Positions 26,563-36,989 of a stretch of 63,128 nucleotides of DNA are shown in pieces. The translations under genes were made by a program, and so were the position numbers. This stretch comes from Chara braunii (Eukaryota; Plantae; Charophyceae): NCBI GenBank assembly GCA_003427395.1, contig BFEA01000018.1:4237086-4300213 (forward strand), written 5' to 3'. The notes beneath the pieces were generated by a model. That model ran no database searches. It was not told where the DNA came from and saw only the letters and a program-made list of their open reading frames with translations. Position 1 is the stretch's first letter. Every line of letters begins with the position of its first letter.

Positions 26563-26586
26563 TTGATTGATTGATTGATTGATTGA

Positions 26587-26617
<31 letters not shown>

Positions 26618-26619
26618 TG

Positions 26620-26661
<42 letters not shown>
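26563..26661. repeat. (TTGA)n tetranucleotide microsatellite
   Basis: Direct reading. Confidence 0.95.
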
Positions 26662-27429
26662 GGGTGTTGAGAAAAGGACAGAGGAGGAGCATTCACCAAT
26701 TGGACGGATCGGATTCGGGGGGCTAAGATAGCAAGATTTGTGAGTGAAGTGATTAACTCGTCGCTTCTTTGTTCTTCTGTGCTTATTGTTTTTTGTTCTT
26801 TGTCATGGCAAGCGAGGAAAGGTGCGGGACCGTGGTAGAAAACTCTGCTAAAAAATACATAAGGAGCTTTTGTATTGCCCGGGAACTTTCCAAAGGAAAA
26901 AAAGGCTCAGGAACTGACAGGAACTGAATTATTGCTGTATTAATATTGGCGACATTTACTGCCTCTTCTTATTTTACGGCGTCTATTGCGCTTCGCGGTT
27001 TCACGTAATTTACTGTTTTGCTCGGGAATAGTTTTTTCGAAAGAAGAATTCCCTTTTTTTTTTTCTTTTTTTTTTTTTAAGAAGAATTCTGGCTGCTTGT
27101 GGCATCAGCAATCCAAGGATGCAATTGATTGACGGCCGAGAGATTTAGCGTGAATGTGTGGTGAGATGTTGACGCTCGGACTTGTTTACTGATTTCTGAA
27201 CGTAATTGCGGACAGATACAGCCAGAAATATGTGGTCAGATACATACAAAATGGAGAAGGTGTGAGTGCGCCCTGATTGTTCTGGTTTTCTCTTCTCCTT
27301 TCTCACTCAGAGAATATGGCGCAAGGTAATTGAGGAGGTGTTGTTTTTTTTTCTACATGTCCTAGATTTTTCAGAAATTCGTTCCCCAACATGTTTTGGC
27401 GTTGTGGTTATGGGTGGGAAACGGCTTTT

Positions 27430-27485
27430 CCGGTGAGGTTTTCTACTTTCTGCCCTGATGCGAGCAGTGTAGAAAACCTCACCGG
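27430..27485. repeat. Hairpin with a perfect 17-bp stem
   Basis: ccggtgaggttttctac (27430-27446) / gtagaaaacctcaccgg (27469-27485). Confidence 0.92.
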
Positions 27486-27490
27486 GGGCT

Positions 27491-27577
27491 AGGTCCCACT
27501 TACACGAATTAAGCGATACTGACCGTAGATAGCAAAGATCAACGGCCAGAATCTCTTAATCCGTGCAAGTGGGACCT
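27491..27577 (+). repeat. 87-nt imperfect palindrome (hairpin element), copy 2
   Basis: 40-nt arms aggtcccactt...gtagat / atcaac...aagtgggacct with 6 mismatches and a 7-nt loop. Confidence 0.92.
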
Positions 27578-27602
27578 TGCCCCGGAGAACAGGCATATCT
27601 CT

Positions 27603-27914
27603 CTCATTTTCAGAAACTGGTAAGGGGCCTAGTTGTAAGGCTTGAGCCATCATTACCTCGGCAATGTGAGGACAGTCTGGCAGGCTCTTCAGCGTCACTC
27701 CTTTTTCTTCTTTTATCTTTTGAATGCACCGGCCACGCATGTTGTCCAGATTCGTCTCCTCATTTTCAGAAACTTGTAAGGGGCCTAGTTGTAAGGCTTG
27801 AGCCATCGTTGCCTCCGCAATGTGCGGACAGCCTGGCAGGCTCTTCAGCGTCACTCTTTTTTCTTCTTTTATCTTTTGAATGCACCGGCCACACATGTTG
27901 TCCAGATTCGTCTC
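27603..27914. repeat. 156-bp tandem duplication
   Basis: ctcattttcagaaact...gtccagattcgtctc at 27603 and 27759. Confidence 0.95.
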
Positions 27915-28399
27915 ACAGAAAGTGAAGCCCTGTGGCCTTACCACAGAGGCTTTTTTCCCCCTCAAAATTCAAATTTTCTCTTCTCTTCTCTATACTCTTA
28001 AGAGTCACGAAATGCAAACTTGATTTGGGAAAAAAAAAAAAGAAAAGTTACGAAGGACCCAGCGACACATGCGACCGCGGGCCCACGGGAAACCGTGGCA
28101 GGGGCCCACGGTACCCGGGAGGAAATAGAGAGGGAACCGACGGGTCGCAAAGGGAGCCGTGGGAGCAGCCACGAGCGAGCGAGGGGCGAGCCCGAAACAG
28201 GGGCCAGGCGCAGGACCGTGGCGGCAGTCGTGTCCCTTCGCGGCGGACCAGCTGGGCAGGATCCGTTGGAGGTTTCGTGGGCGCCGCTCAGGATAGCAAT
28301 TCTTTCCCATTTGTCCCCGGGCAGGATAGCAATTCTTTCCCATTTGTCACCGGGGTTGGACGTTGGTTGTTGCTGTAGACGTCTGGAAACTTCGGAATC

Positions 28400-29400
28400 G
28401 GGAAACATCGAGGGAGGAGGAGCGAATGAGGACAAGGGCCAATGGGCATGCGATGACGAGCACGACACGCACGCTGACGAGCACGACCATGCAGGGGGGA
28501 GGATGGTTGATGGAGGTAACGAGGAGGGAAACACAGAGGGAGGAGCAGCGGGTGAGGACAAGAGAAAACAGGCGTGCGACGATAATCTTTGACATACACG
28601 GTCACGAGCGTGACCACACACGGGGGAGGATGGATGGCGGAGGTAAGGATGGAGGAAGAGGGAAGATGGAGGGAGGAGAGGGGATCCTGGTGAGTATGGA
28701 GGAAGAGGGAGATGGAGGGAGGATAGTGGACTGGTGAGGAGGTAGAGGAAGAGGAGGAGAAGCGGGAGAAGGAGCGGGAGGAGGAGTGGGAGGAGGAACG
28801 GGGGGGAAGAGCAGGAGAAGCAGCGGGAGGAGGAGGAGGAGCAGGAGGAGCGGGAGAAGGAGCGGGAGGAGGACGAAGTTGTGGTGGAGCAAGTCAGTCT
28901 CTCTCTCTCTCTGTGGCTAGCCACGTGGTGGGCCTTTTTTCTTTTTCTTTTTTGCAGGAGATGGCTATGGCAGGATCTTTGTCACGTTGTTTGGCGGAGG
29001 AGTGGGAAAAGGAGCGGGAGGAGGAGTGGGAGGAGCTGGAGGAGGAGCGGGAGGAGGAGCTGGAGAAGGATCAGGAGGGGAAATGGGAACGGGCGGGAGG
29101 AGATCCGGGAGGAGGCCCAGGGGGAGAAGCGGGAGGAGGAGGAGCAGGAGGAGGTGTGGGAGGAGCTGGAGGAGGGGGAGGAGGAGCGGGAGGAGGAGAA
29201 GGAGCGGGAGGAGAAACGGCGGGAAACGGGGAGGTGAGTTAACAAACGCGTGGGAGGAGGGGGAGGAGTGGGAGGAGGAGCGGGAGAGGAGCGGGAGCAG
29301 GAGCAGAAGGAACGGTGGGAAACGGGGAGGGGGAGTCGAAGAATGCGTGGGAGGCGGGCAGGAAAAGCGGAAGGAGGGAAGGGTGTGAGGGGTGGGGCGG
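28400..29400. repeat. GGA/GAG-rich low-complexity tract
   Basis: Reiterated gaggagcgggag-type units; purine-rich plus strand. Confidence 0.85.
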
Positions 29401-29420
29401 GGGAGGTGTGGACGGGGATG

Positions 29421-29459
<39 letters not shown>

Positions 29460-29947
29460 CTTGCTGTCATACACACACACACACACACACCCAGTCGATC
29501 AATCAGTCAATCAATCAATTTGACCGATTAACTGACTGATTGATTGATTTGTTTTTTGTTTTCTCTTTGGAAAAATCGGGCGGGCGGAAGGTTGACGGAG
29601 TGGATTGATTGGTTGATTGATTGATTGATTCACTGATCGATTGAAAAAGAAAAAAAGGTCGGTGTGTCCGCAGGTGGGGAGTCGGGGCAATGCGGGCGGG
29701 AGGAAGTAGGGGGAAGAGAGGGGCGGGGAGGACTGAGAGGGTGGAAGGCTGACGAGTCGCATTCACACTCTTTCTCCCGCCTCCCGCTTCCTCTCCCCCT
29801 CCTCCACCGCCTTCTCCTTGCTCTCTTTCCCGGCCCCCCCAATCCGCAGTACTCTTCAAGCAAACAGTGGGTCTCGCCTGATGCTCCGACGTGAGACCCG
29901 TGATGCCACGCCAGTGTGGGGAAAAGTTATGTTGGGACCAAGGTGGG

Positions 29948-30113
29948 CCGGAGGCAGAACCCAGTGCGCAGGTGGCCTGGCGAGTTTCTCGACTGCCGCA
30001 TCCGGAGGCAGAACCCAGTGCGCAGGTGGCCTGGCAAGTTTCTCGATCGCCGCATCCAGAGGCAGAACCCAGTGCGCAGGTGGCCTGGCGAGTTTCTCGA
30101 TCGCCGCATCCGG
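29948..30113. repeat. 54-bp tandem repeat x3
   Basis: cc(g/a)gaggcagaacccagtgcgcaggtggcctggc... at 29948, 30002 and 30056. Confidence 0.95.
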
Positions 30114-30129
30114 GTTCAACCCGGGGGAT

Positions 30130-30216
30130 AGGTCCCACTTACACGAATTAAGCGATATTGACCGTAGATAGAAAAGGTCAACGGCCAGGATCTCTTAATC
30201 CGTGCAAGTGGGACCT
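30130..30216 (+). repeat. 87-nt imperfect palindrome (hairpin element), copy 3; direct repeat of copy 2
   Basis: Near-identical to 27491-27577, including the ccggggg and tgcccc flanks. Confidence 0.92.
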
Positions 30217-31509
30217 TGCCCCAGGAGTGGCCGACACAAAGTTTCTGGGCTACGGACGACTGGCTCTATTCAAAGTTTCTGGGTGCGGCCGACTGGCGCC
30301 ATTCGACATGTGAATTGAAACGGATCAGCAGCACTACCGTCTTCCCCCGAACATAACGCACCCTTAAAATGAATGTATACAAGGTTGTATTTCCGGGCAG
30401 ATACAGAGAAAATGAGGGTGCGCTGTGTTTGGGGGAAGACGGTAGGGATCCGTTGTGAGCGAGCGAGCGTAGTGATCCATGAGCCCGATTGAGAGAAGGG
30501 CGTCACAGAGCAGAGGTGGGGGCGCGTCAGGGTGGCAAGGAGGGGAGAGGAGACTGCCTGGCGGAAAAGAGGGGCGAGGGGACTGCATGGCGGATTGGGA
30601 GACATGGTGGGGACACAGAACGAGCATGGCATTCGAGAGCAGCCGGCAGTGGCATAGAGAGCAAGTGTGGTATCCGAGAGGAAGCGACTGGGGGCAGACT
30701 GCATGAGAGTCGCTCTCTGAGAGGAGAGGGGAGGGGCAGGAGGTGGCCAGCTCGGGGAGGGAAAAAGAACGTGACTGCATGGGAAGGATCCGACAGGAGA
30801 GTGGTCTGGCGTTGCCAGCTGGAGGCGCGATCGAGAGCGAGCCAGTAGCGTATGGGGAGGGGCTCGACTGCTCGACAGACAAAACGAGGGTCGTACCTGA
30901 GAGGAGAGGGGCAAGAGGCGGGCAGGTGGGAGCACAAACGTTCCAGGGAAATGCAAGCTTGGGAGCGGCATCACGTGGTGTGATCGCTGTCTTTGTGATC
31001 ATGGATCACGATGGGTTATGGTGAAAAAGGAGTGTAGAGAGAAGTTTGGGAAGAAGGCTGTCGGTGAGGATGTGAAGGGAAAGGGCGCCCGGAGACGAAA
31101 TGGTGAAAAGGATAGGTCAGCCGTTGATTTGTGCATCTGGTTGGAATGGCGGATCAAGGTGAGTTTGTCGTCTTTTGTTCCAGTTTTTTCCCCTTTTGCG
31201 TTTTTTCTTCAGCTGTGATGGAGGTGGCCGTGCGTGAGTATTGCGTTCGGGCTGAGGGTGATTGCCCAAGTGGAGGGAAAGGAGGTGGGGGGTAGAAAGG
31301 TTGGGGGGTGAGGGGGAAAGAGACACCACGGCGGATGGAAGCTCTGGACTTTGTGCAAGAAAGGGGTAAGGTTGATTGAATCGAAGGATGGAAGAGGAGG
31401 GAGGTGCTTGACGTTCGATCCTGTTTCTCTCTCTCTCTCTCTCTCTCAAGTGATATGGGACGAGGCCAATTGAGGCGAAGGATGGAGAAGGGAGGTGGAG
31501 GTGTTCGAC

Positions 31510-31511
<2 letters not shown>

Positions 31512-31572
<61 letters not shown>
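31512..31572. repeat. (CT)n microsatellite
   Basis: Direct reading. Confidence 0.97.
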
Positions 31573-31599
31573 GAGTGGTGAGTATGGACAGAGGAGGAT

Positions 31600-32350
31600 G
31601 ACTGATGGAGGAGGAGGCAAGAGGACAAGGATGATGGAGAAGGATGAACGGTGCAGGACGGAGGACGAGGAAGGATGATGAGCATGATGGATGGCGGAGA
31701 GGACATGGACTGAGGAGAATAGAGGGAGGAGAGCTTGGGAGGAGGACAGAAAACGGCGAAGGGCTAGGACGAGGAGTCCTTTTTCGAACGATGGAAGAGG
31801 AGAGGAGGACAAAGACGATGGTTTGTGGAGGGAAGATGGACGGAGGAGAGGGGGGGAGAATGGAGAAGGACAACGCAGAAGAACGTGGGAGGACGACGGA
31901 CGAGGACGATGGAGGAGGACAACGAGACAATGGAGAAGAGGTAGAACGGAGGTTCGTCGATAAGGAGGAAAACCAGCAAAAGTGATCGAGGTGGAGACCA
32001 CTGAGAGGGAAGATGGACGGGGGAGAAGGGGGGAGAAGGGAGAAGGGTAACGCAGAAGAACGAGGGAGGACGGCGGACGAGGACGACGGAGAAGAATGAT
32101 GGAGGAGAAGTACGAGACGATGGAGGAGAGGGAGAACGGAGGTTCGTTGATACGGAGGAAGAGACCACCGAGGGAAGATGGACGGAGGAGAAGGGGGGAG
32201 AATGGAGAAGGACAACGCAGAAGAACGAGGGAGGACGATGGGCGAGGACAACGGAGAAGAACGATGGAGGAGAACGTCGAGACGATGGAGAAGATGGAGA
32301 ACAGAGGTTGGTCGATGAGGAAAACAAGCAAGAGATCGAGGTGGGGAAAG
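31600..32350. repeat. GA-rich minisatellite, units of about 165-180 bp
   Basis: ggaagatggacgg...aacgcagaagaacg recurs at about 31831, 32009 and 32172. Confidence 0.85.
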
Positions 32351-32847
32351 ATGAGACGCTTGTTAAATACAGGCTCAAGCCATTGCCTTTTTTTTTCTTT
32401 TTTTTTTTAATCTTTGCTTTATGTGGAAGGCCAATAAAAGTGACAGATGGAGATAACGTAATTGAAGAAAGCGAGGTCATGGATTGATGGGTCGGATTGT
32501 TGTCAATGTGGTCCTTGGTTCGGCTGGGGCCGTAAGCTAGACTGGCTGATGCAGTCAGGATAACTCGGGGTCGAATTGTGAGGATCCCTGGCCATCAACC
32601 TTTGATGGGGAATATAATATAAGGCTTTGTTAAAAAAGAAAAAAAAAGTGACAAATGCCATTGTCATTTCATCTTTGCTCTTCGAAATACCGAATGAGTG
32701 CTATTCCTAGTAATTTCCTACATATTATTTAGGAGACTAAAGTAATTGGGGGAGGAGTCGGGGGTGGGAGAGGGGAAGGAGGTTACAATCTGTTGTTTTT
32801 TTGGTTTATAGTTCTCAAGCTGCTCCTCCGCCCCTCCCCCCCCCCCC

Positions 32848-32898
32848 NNNNNNNNNNNNNNNNNNNNNNNNNNNNNNNNNNNNNNNNNNNNNNNNNNN
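32848..32898. other. Assembly gap
   Basis: Run of N. Confidence 1.
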
Positions 32899-33454
32899 AC
32901 TGACTTTCCAAACTGTCAAATTAGTAATGCTTCCTGCTTTTTTGTTGGGCAAGAAAACGCAATGCCACTTTTTTTTTCTGTTCCCCTTCCCCCCCCCCCC
33001 TCTCCATCCCTACGCCTACGGGAAGGAGATGACCTGCTTGTGTTGTTTTGCCAGAAATTGGTGATCCGTCTTTTTGTTGGTTCTGTAATCTTTGATTGGT
33101 AGGGGACTGATAAATTGATAAACAGAGTAAAGCCTGGATTACTTTACGACAGGAAACTTGGTCCTCAAGATGCTTTTTTCCAGCTTTTCTTGGTGATGGG
33201 ACGATAGTAAAGACATTGATAAACGAAGGACAGCTTGGACATGCATTTGTTTTTTCCTTCTTTAGGAATGATCAGAAAATTCTGAATTATGTTATGTTTT
33301 GGGAAACTGCTGATTTCTGCTTTTTCTTTTCGGCCAATGTTCTCGAACAACGTACATTCCTTCCATGTGTGTTTCGTGACATGTGTCCTCTACTTCTGTC
33401 CTTCCCGTCCTCACATTTCCACGCCCCCACTCGATCTTCTCCCGATTAGTTGGA

Positions 33455-35614
33455 AACTCGTTCGGAAACTCACGCAGCATCCAACACAGCCCACGCGCCT
33501 CATGCACACAGAACGTCAACGTCATTACAGACTCACGGAAAATATTTGCCCTGGAATCCACAGTGCCCGCCTTTATGCAGCCGCACTTTGTGTCCAACAA
33601 CTTCTACTTGAGATTGCAACTCTGCAACCCTTGGCGACAGAACATCCTGCACAGACCGCAACGCACAAAAAATGCCGCATGAACACACTTCGCCTTCCCT
33701 GTGCGGCCTCCAAGGGAAAGTTTAACCGCCACTATGGACATACCCTGATGCAGGCGCTCCTGCCGATGAAATTCTGTGCCTCTGGGAAACCAACACTCGC
33801 TATGGTAGACTGCTTCGATCATGAGCGCAAGCAATTTAACAATGTGCTTGCCCCCGCATCCCAAACCGTCAAAGAAACACAGAGGCCGATTGGATGTTGG
33901 CAAGGCGTGCTCATAATCGAGGGACAACTGTGGCAATTTGTAGGCCCTCTTATTCCAGAAGAAAACCAACGCGATTGTTTGTGCAAATTTACATATACGA
34001 CCCCTTCGACGAAAACATTGGGACGGTTCTCCGCTTGCATGGATTCGATCTACCACCAGACATGCCACTGGACACAGCACAACAAATCAAATCCCTCTTA
34101 CGAAAGAAAACTGCAGTTTCTCCTCTGTCAGTGCGCAATCGTTGGGTTCGAGATTTCATTACAATCTCCGAGTTCCCTGGTCATATGATAGAGAATCGCG
34201 GAGTTATCAATCTTGATGTTCGTCCAACAAATGAACACCTGCACAGTTACAACAGACTGGAGGGATCCTTGTGCACGATGAACCTGCCAATCGTGAAATT
34301 GTGATACGTCGCCGAGGTGGTGGCACCATCCCTAATTGCGGGCACAAACTGCGCATTTGACCTTCTACACTGTTCTGCTCTTCCCATGTGGTGAGGGTGG
34401 GCGGGCTGCTGAAGAGAATCTCTACGCCACAATCCTGACATTCACAACTTCACAGCGCGCGATTTTTATGCCTTTCATCTGAATACACGCCGGACGGAAT
34501 GAAGAATAATGTTTTGTGCATCCCGACTCTTCCAGGAATATGTTTGCATGGCTTTTTTGAAAATTGAAAATGCACGTCTTCTGTTCGACCGTCTTCACCT
34601 AAGAGAAATCCGTGCTGAAGTGTACCAGAATCTTCATGACCATGTCATGCGTTATGACAATTCAGAGAACGTATTATCTTCCCAGCAACTTCCACCGGTG
34701 GACCCCGTGATATGCGTCGACTATACGAGGATGCAATGGCCGCCGTCCAACAGCTCGGCGCGCCGGATCTCCTCATCACATTAACATGTAATTCGAACAT
34801 GCTTTCCTTCCTGATCAGCAGCCCGTGGGCGAACCACACTTACTAGCTCGCGACTTCAAAGGATACTTTCGTGAGCTCGGGCGTGACATCCATTCTTCTC
34901 ATATATTTGGTGTGACCGCTGCATATGTGCATTCTATTGCATTCCTACAAAGTGGCCTTTCAAATGCTCATAATCGGTATACTTGAATATCGCAAAATTT
35001 CCACACCTGAACAAATGGACAGTATCGTATCTGCCTACGTGAACTTGTCCTATCCCCTATGGAAATGAACAAATTGATAAGTCATGGATAGTTCCTTACA
35101 ACCCGTATCGTCTTCCGATCTACCGATGTCATCTGAACATTGATGTGCATCGATGGCAATTTACCGATATATGTTAGACTGTATCCTCAAAGGACCTGAT
35201 CGAGCAATGGTCATTGAAGCTATCAATAATAATGACAAAATACAAACGTATCAAGACATGCACACAATCGGGCCGTTGAGGCCAGTTGGTGAATCTTTGA
35301 CTTTGAAGTGTTTCAACGCTACCCTGTTGTGTCTGCACTGCGAGTTCATATAGAACACAGACAAGGAGTATACTTTAGACAACATGAAGATGAACAAATA
35401 ACATGCGATCCAGCATCGGAAACTGAACTAACTGGATGGTTCAAGTGGAGCATTGCTCGCCTCCATGACTCGGAACACAGTAAACCGCTCTATAAAGACA
35501 CGGTCGTCAGACACCAAGCAACCAATACAATTGGACGAATTCATACCATACATCCGAATGCAGGTGATGCGCTCTACGTCAGCATGTTGCTAAACACCCC
35601 TTGTTCCTGTGGTG
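33455..35614 (+). mobile_element. Helitron Rep/helicase pseudogene, 5' part (Rep region)
   Basis: Degenerate Helitron motifs in order: RKQFNNVLAPAS, IEGQLWQFVGPLIP, FVQIYIYDP, RLFQEYVCMAFLKIENARL, EIRAEVYQNLHD, KGPDRA, ETELTGWF, TIGRIHTIHPNAGDALYVSMLL. Confidence 0.85.
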
Positions 35615-36861
35615 GTTATGATCCTGGCCAATTTTGAGATACGCATTCATCAGATGGTATAATGTCGTACAATCGCAGAAAGAAATGAATGATCTTGAGA
35701 GGAGAGAGAGGGTAAGAAAAAGAAGAAGAAGATGATGTACACGAGCGTAGACAAGTGATAAAGCTCTTCTTCTTCGCCAAACACTCTCCTTCTTTACTCC
35801 TCTCTTATTCGCACAAGAAGTAATAGTACAATGTTGAATGGCTGGACCAGAATTAATGTCTGAATCCCTCTTCTACTGCAGGCATCACTTGAGGCCCACC
35901 ATAGCCATGGCCGCCTCCCTCACTCTTCACTCTCATAGGCCGAGGCTATGGTGGACTACTGGGCCATGCCCGATGCCCAAAGAACAACCCAAAGCAGCTA
36001 TGGCTGCTCTAGCGCAGACGGCCATGCTCGACTCTGCCTCGAAGCTTCTTGGTGTAGCTCTATCTCAGTTGGGGTCTTCCTGCTGCAGTGCCCACCAAGG
36101 TGATGAAGATGGCTGCCACCATAACCAGGTATTAGTAAGTACCTCTAGCGCTCCCCCTTCCTTCTGCTCTTCTTCCTTCTCTGTGTCCTTGCTCCTTCCC
36201 CAGCAGCGCTGCTCCAGCCAGCGCTCCAACCAGTGTGTTGCCAAGCTTGCACATCGACAATGAGGCTGGGCATTTCGCTCGGCCTGGAGGAGATATAGCG
36301 ACCTGCTTGCCTCTTGGGTGGTGACTTCCAGGCCGCTCGACCATCCAAGCAACCAGTACCTCCTCTCTTCCGGAGGGAAACATCGTTGCAAACTTTGATA
36401 TTACCCGTACAGGCCGTAGACTCAGACTGGTTGGACTGCTACCCGCCTAGGCTTAACCAACAACTACTGAGCCTCTAAAGATGTCTCTTTGGGCTTCTTC
36501 TTCTCGGCCTCTAATACCTGACACATCTACCTTTTCAGGGTGTGGTACCGTCCTACCTGCTACTTGAGTGTTTCCCCGCTCATCCCCTGCCACTTTAGTG
36601 TTTTCCCTGCTGCAGACCTCAATGTCACAACCACATGTAAGTACCGGCCCTGAGGGCCCAACGAACGAGCAAGTGCCCTTGCGGGTTACACACACACTCA
36701 AGCCAAGTCGTACTCTGATAGTCATGCAGACCAGCAGGCGTGCCCACACACAGACATGCAGAACTTAGTAGCAAGCGGGTAACTCAACAAGGCATTTAGT
36801 CCATAGGCAAAACTCAGAAGTCAATTGTGTGTCTCAGTCTGTGTTTGGTCGGGTCATCACA
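35615..36861 (-). repeat. 3' LTR
   Basis: gttatgatcctggccaattttgagatac...gggtcatcaca, homologous over its length to 43276-44578. Confidence 0.95.
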
Positions 36862-36874
36862 CTACTTCCCCCTC
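36862..36874 (-). promoter_or_regulatory. Polypurine tract
   Basis: Minus strand gagggggaagtag abuts the 3' LTR. Confidence 0.88.
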
Positions 36875-36989
36875 AAGAGTGAGGTCCATTCGAGCGAGTA
36901 TCCCCGACAAACGCACTGTAAGCAAATAAGGCAAAGAGATTTCGAGAGTACTCTGTTACAATGAGCTTTGCAAAGATTTTGGGAAAGAC

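Noticed and set aside
27450-27478. Hammerhead ribozyme (ctgatg...gaaa)
   Set aside because: Core reads CUGAUGC rather than CUGANGA, and no stem II forms
27998-29488. Long Ser/Pro- and Glu/Gly-rich ORFs
   Set aside because: Open in several frames on both strands because of GGA low complexity; no domain motifs
29948-30113. CRISPR-like array (54-bp period)
   Set aside because: Whole-unit tandem duplication with no spacers
31154-32480. 238-365 aa ORFs on the minus strand
   Set aside because: Artefacts of a GA-rich minisatellite and (CT)n
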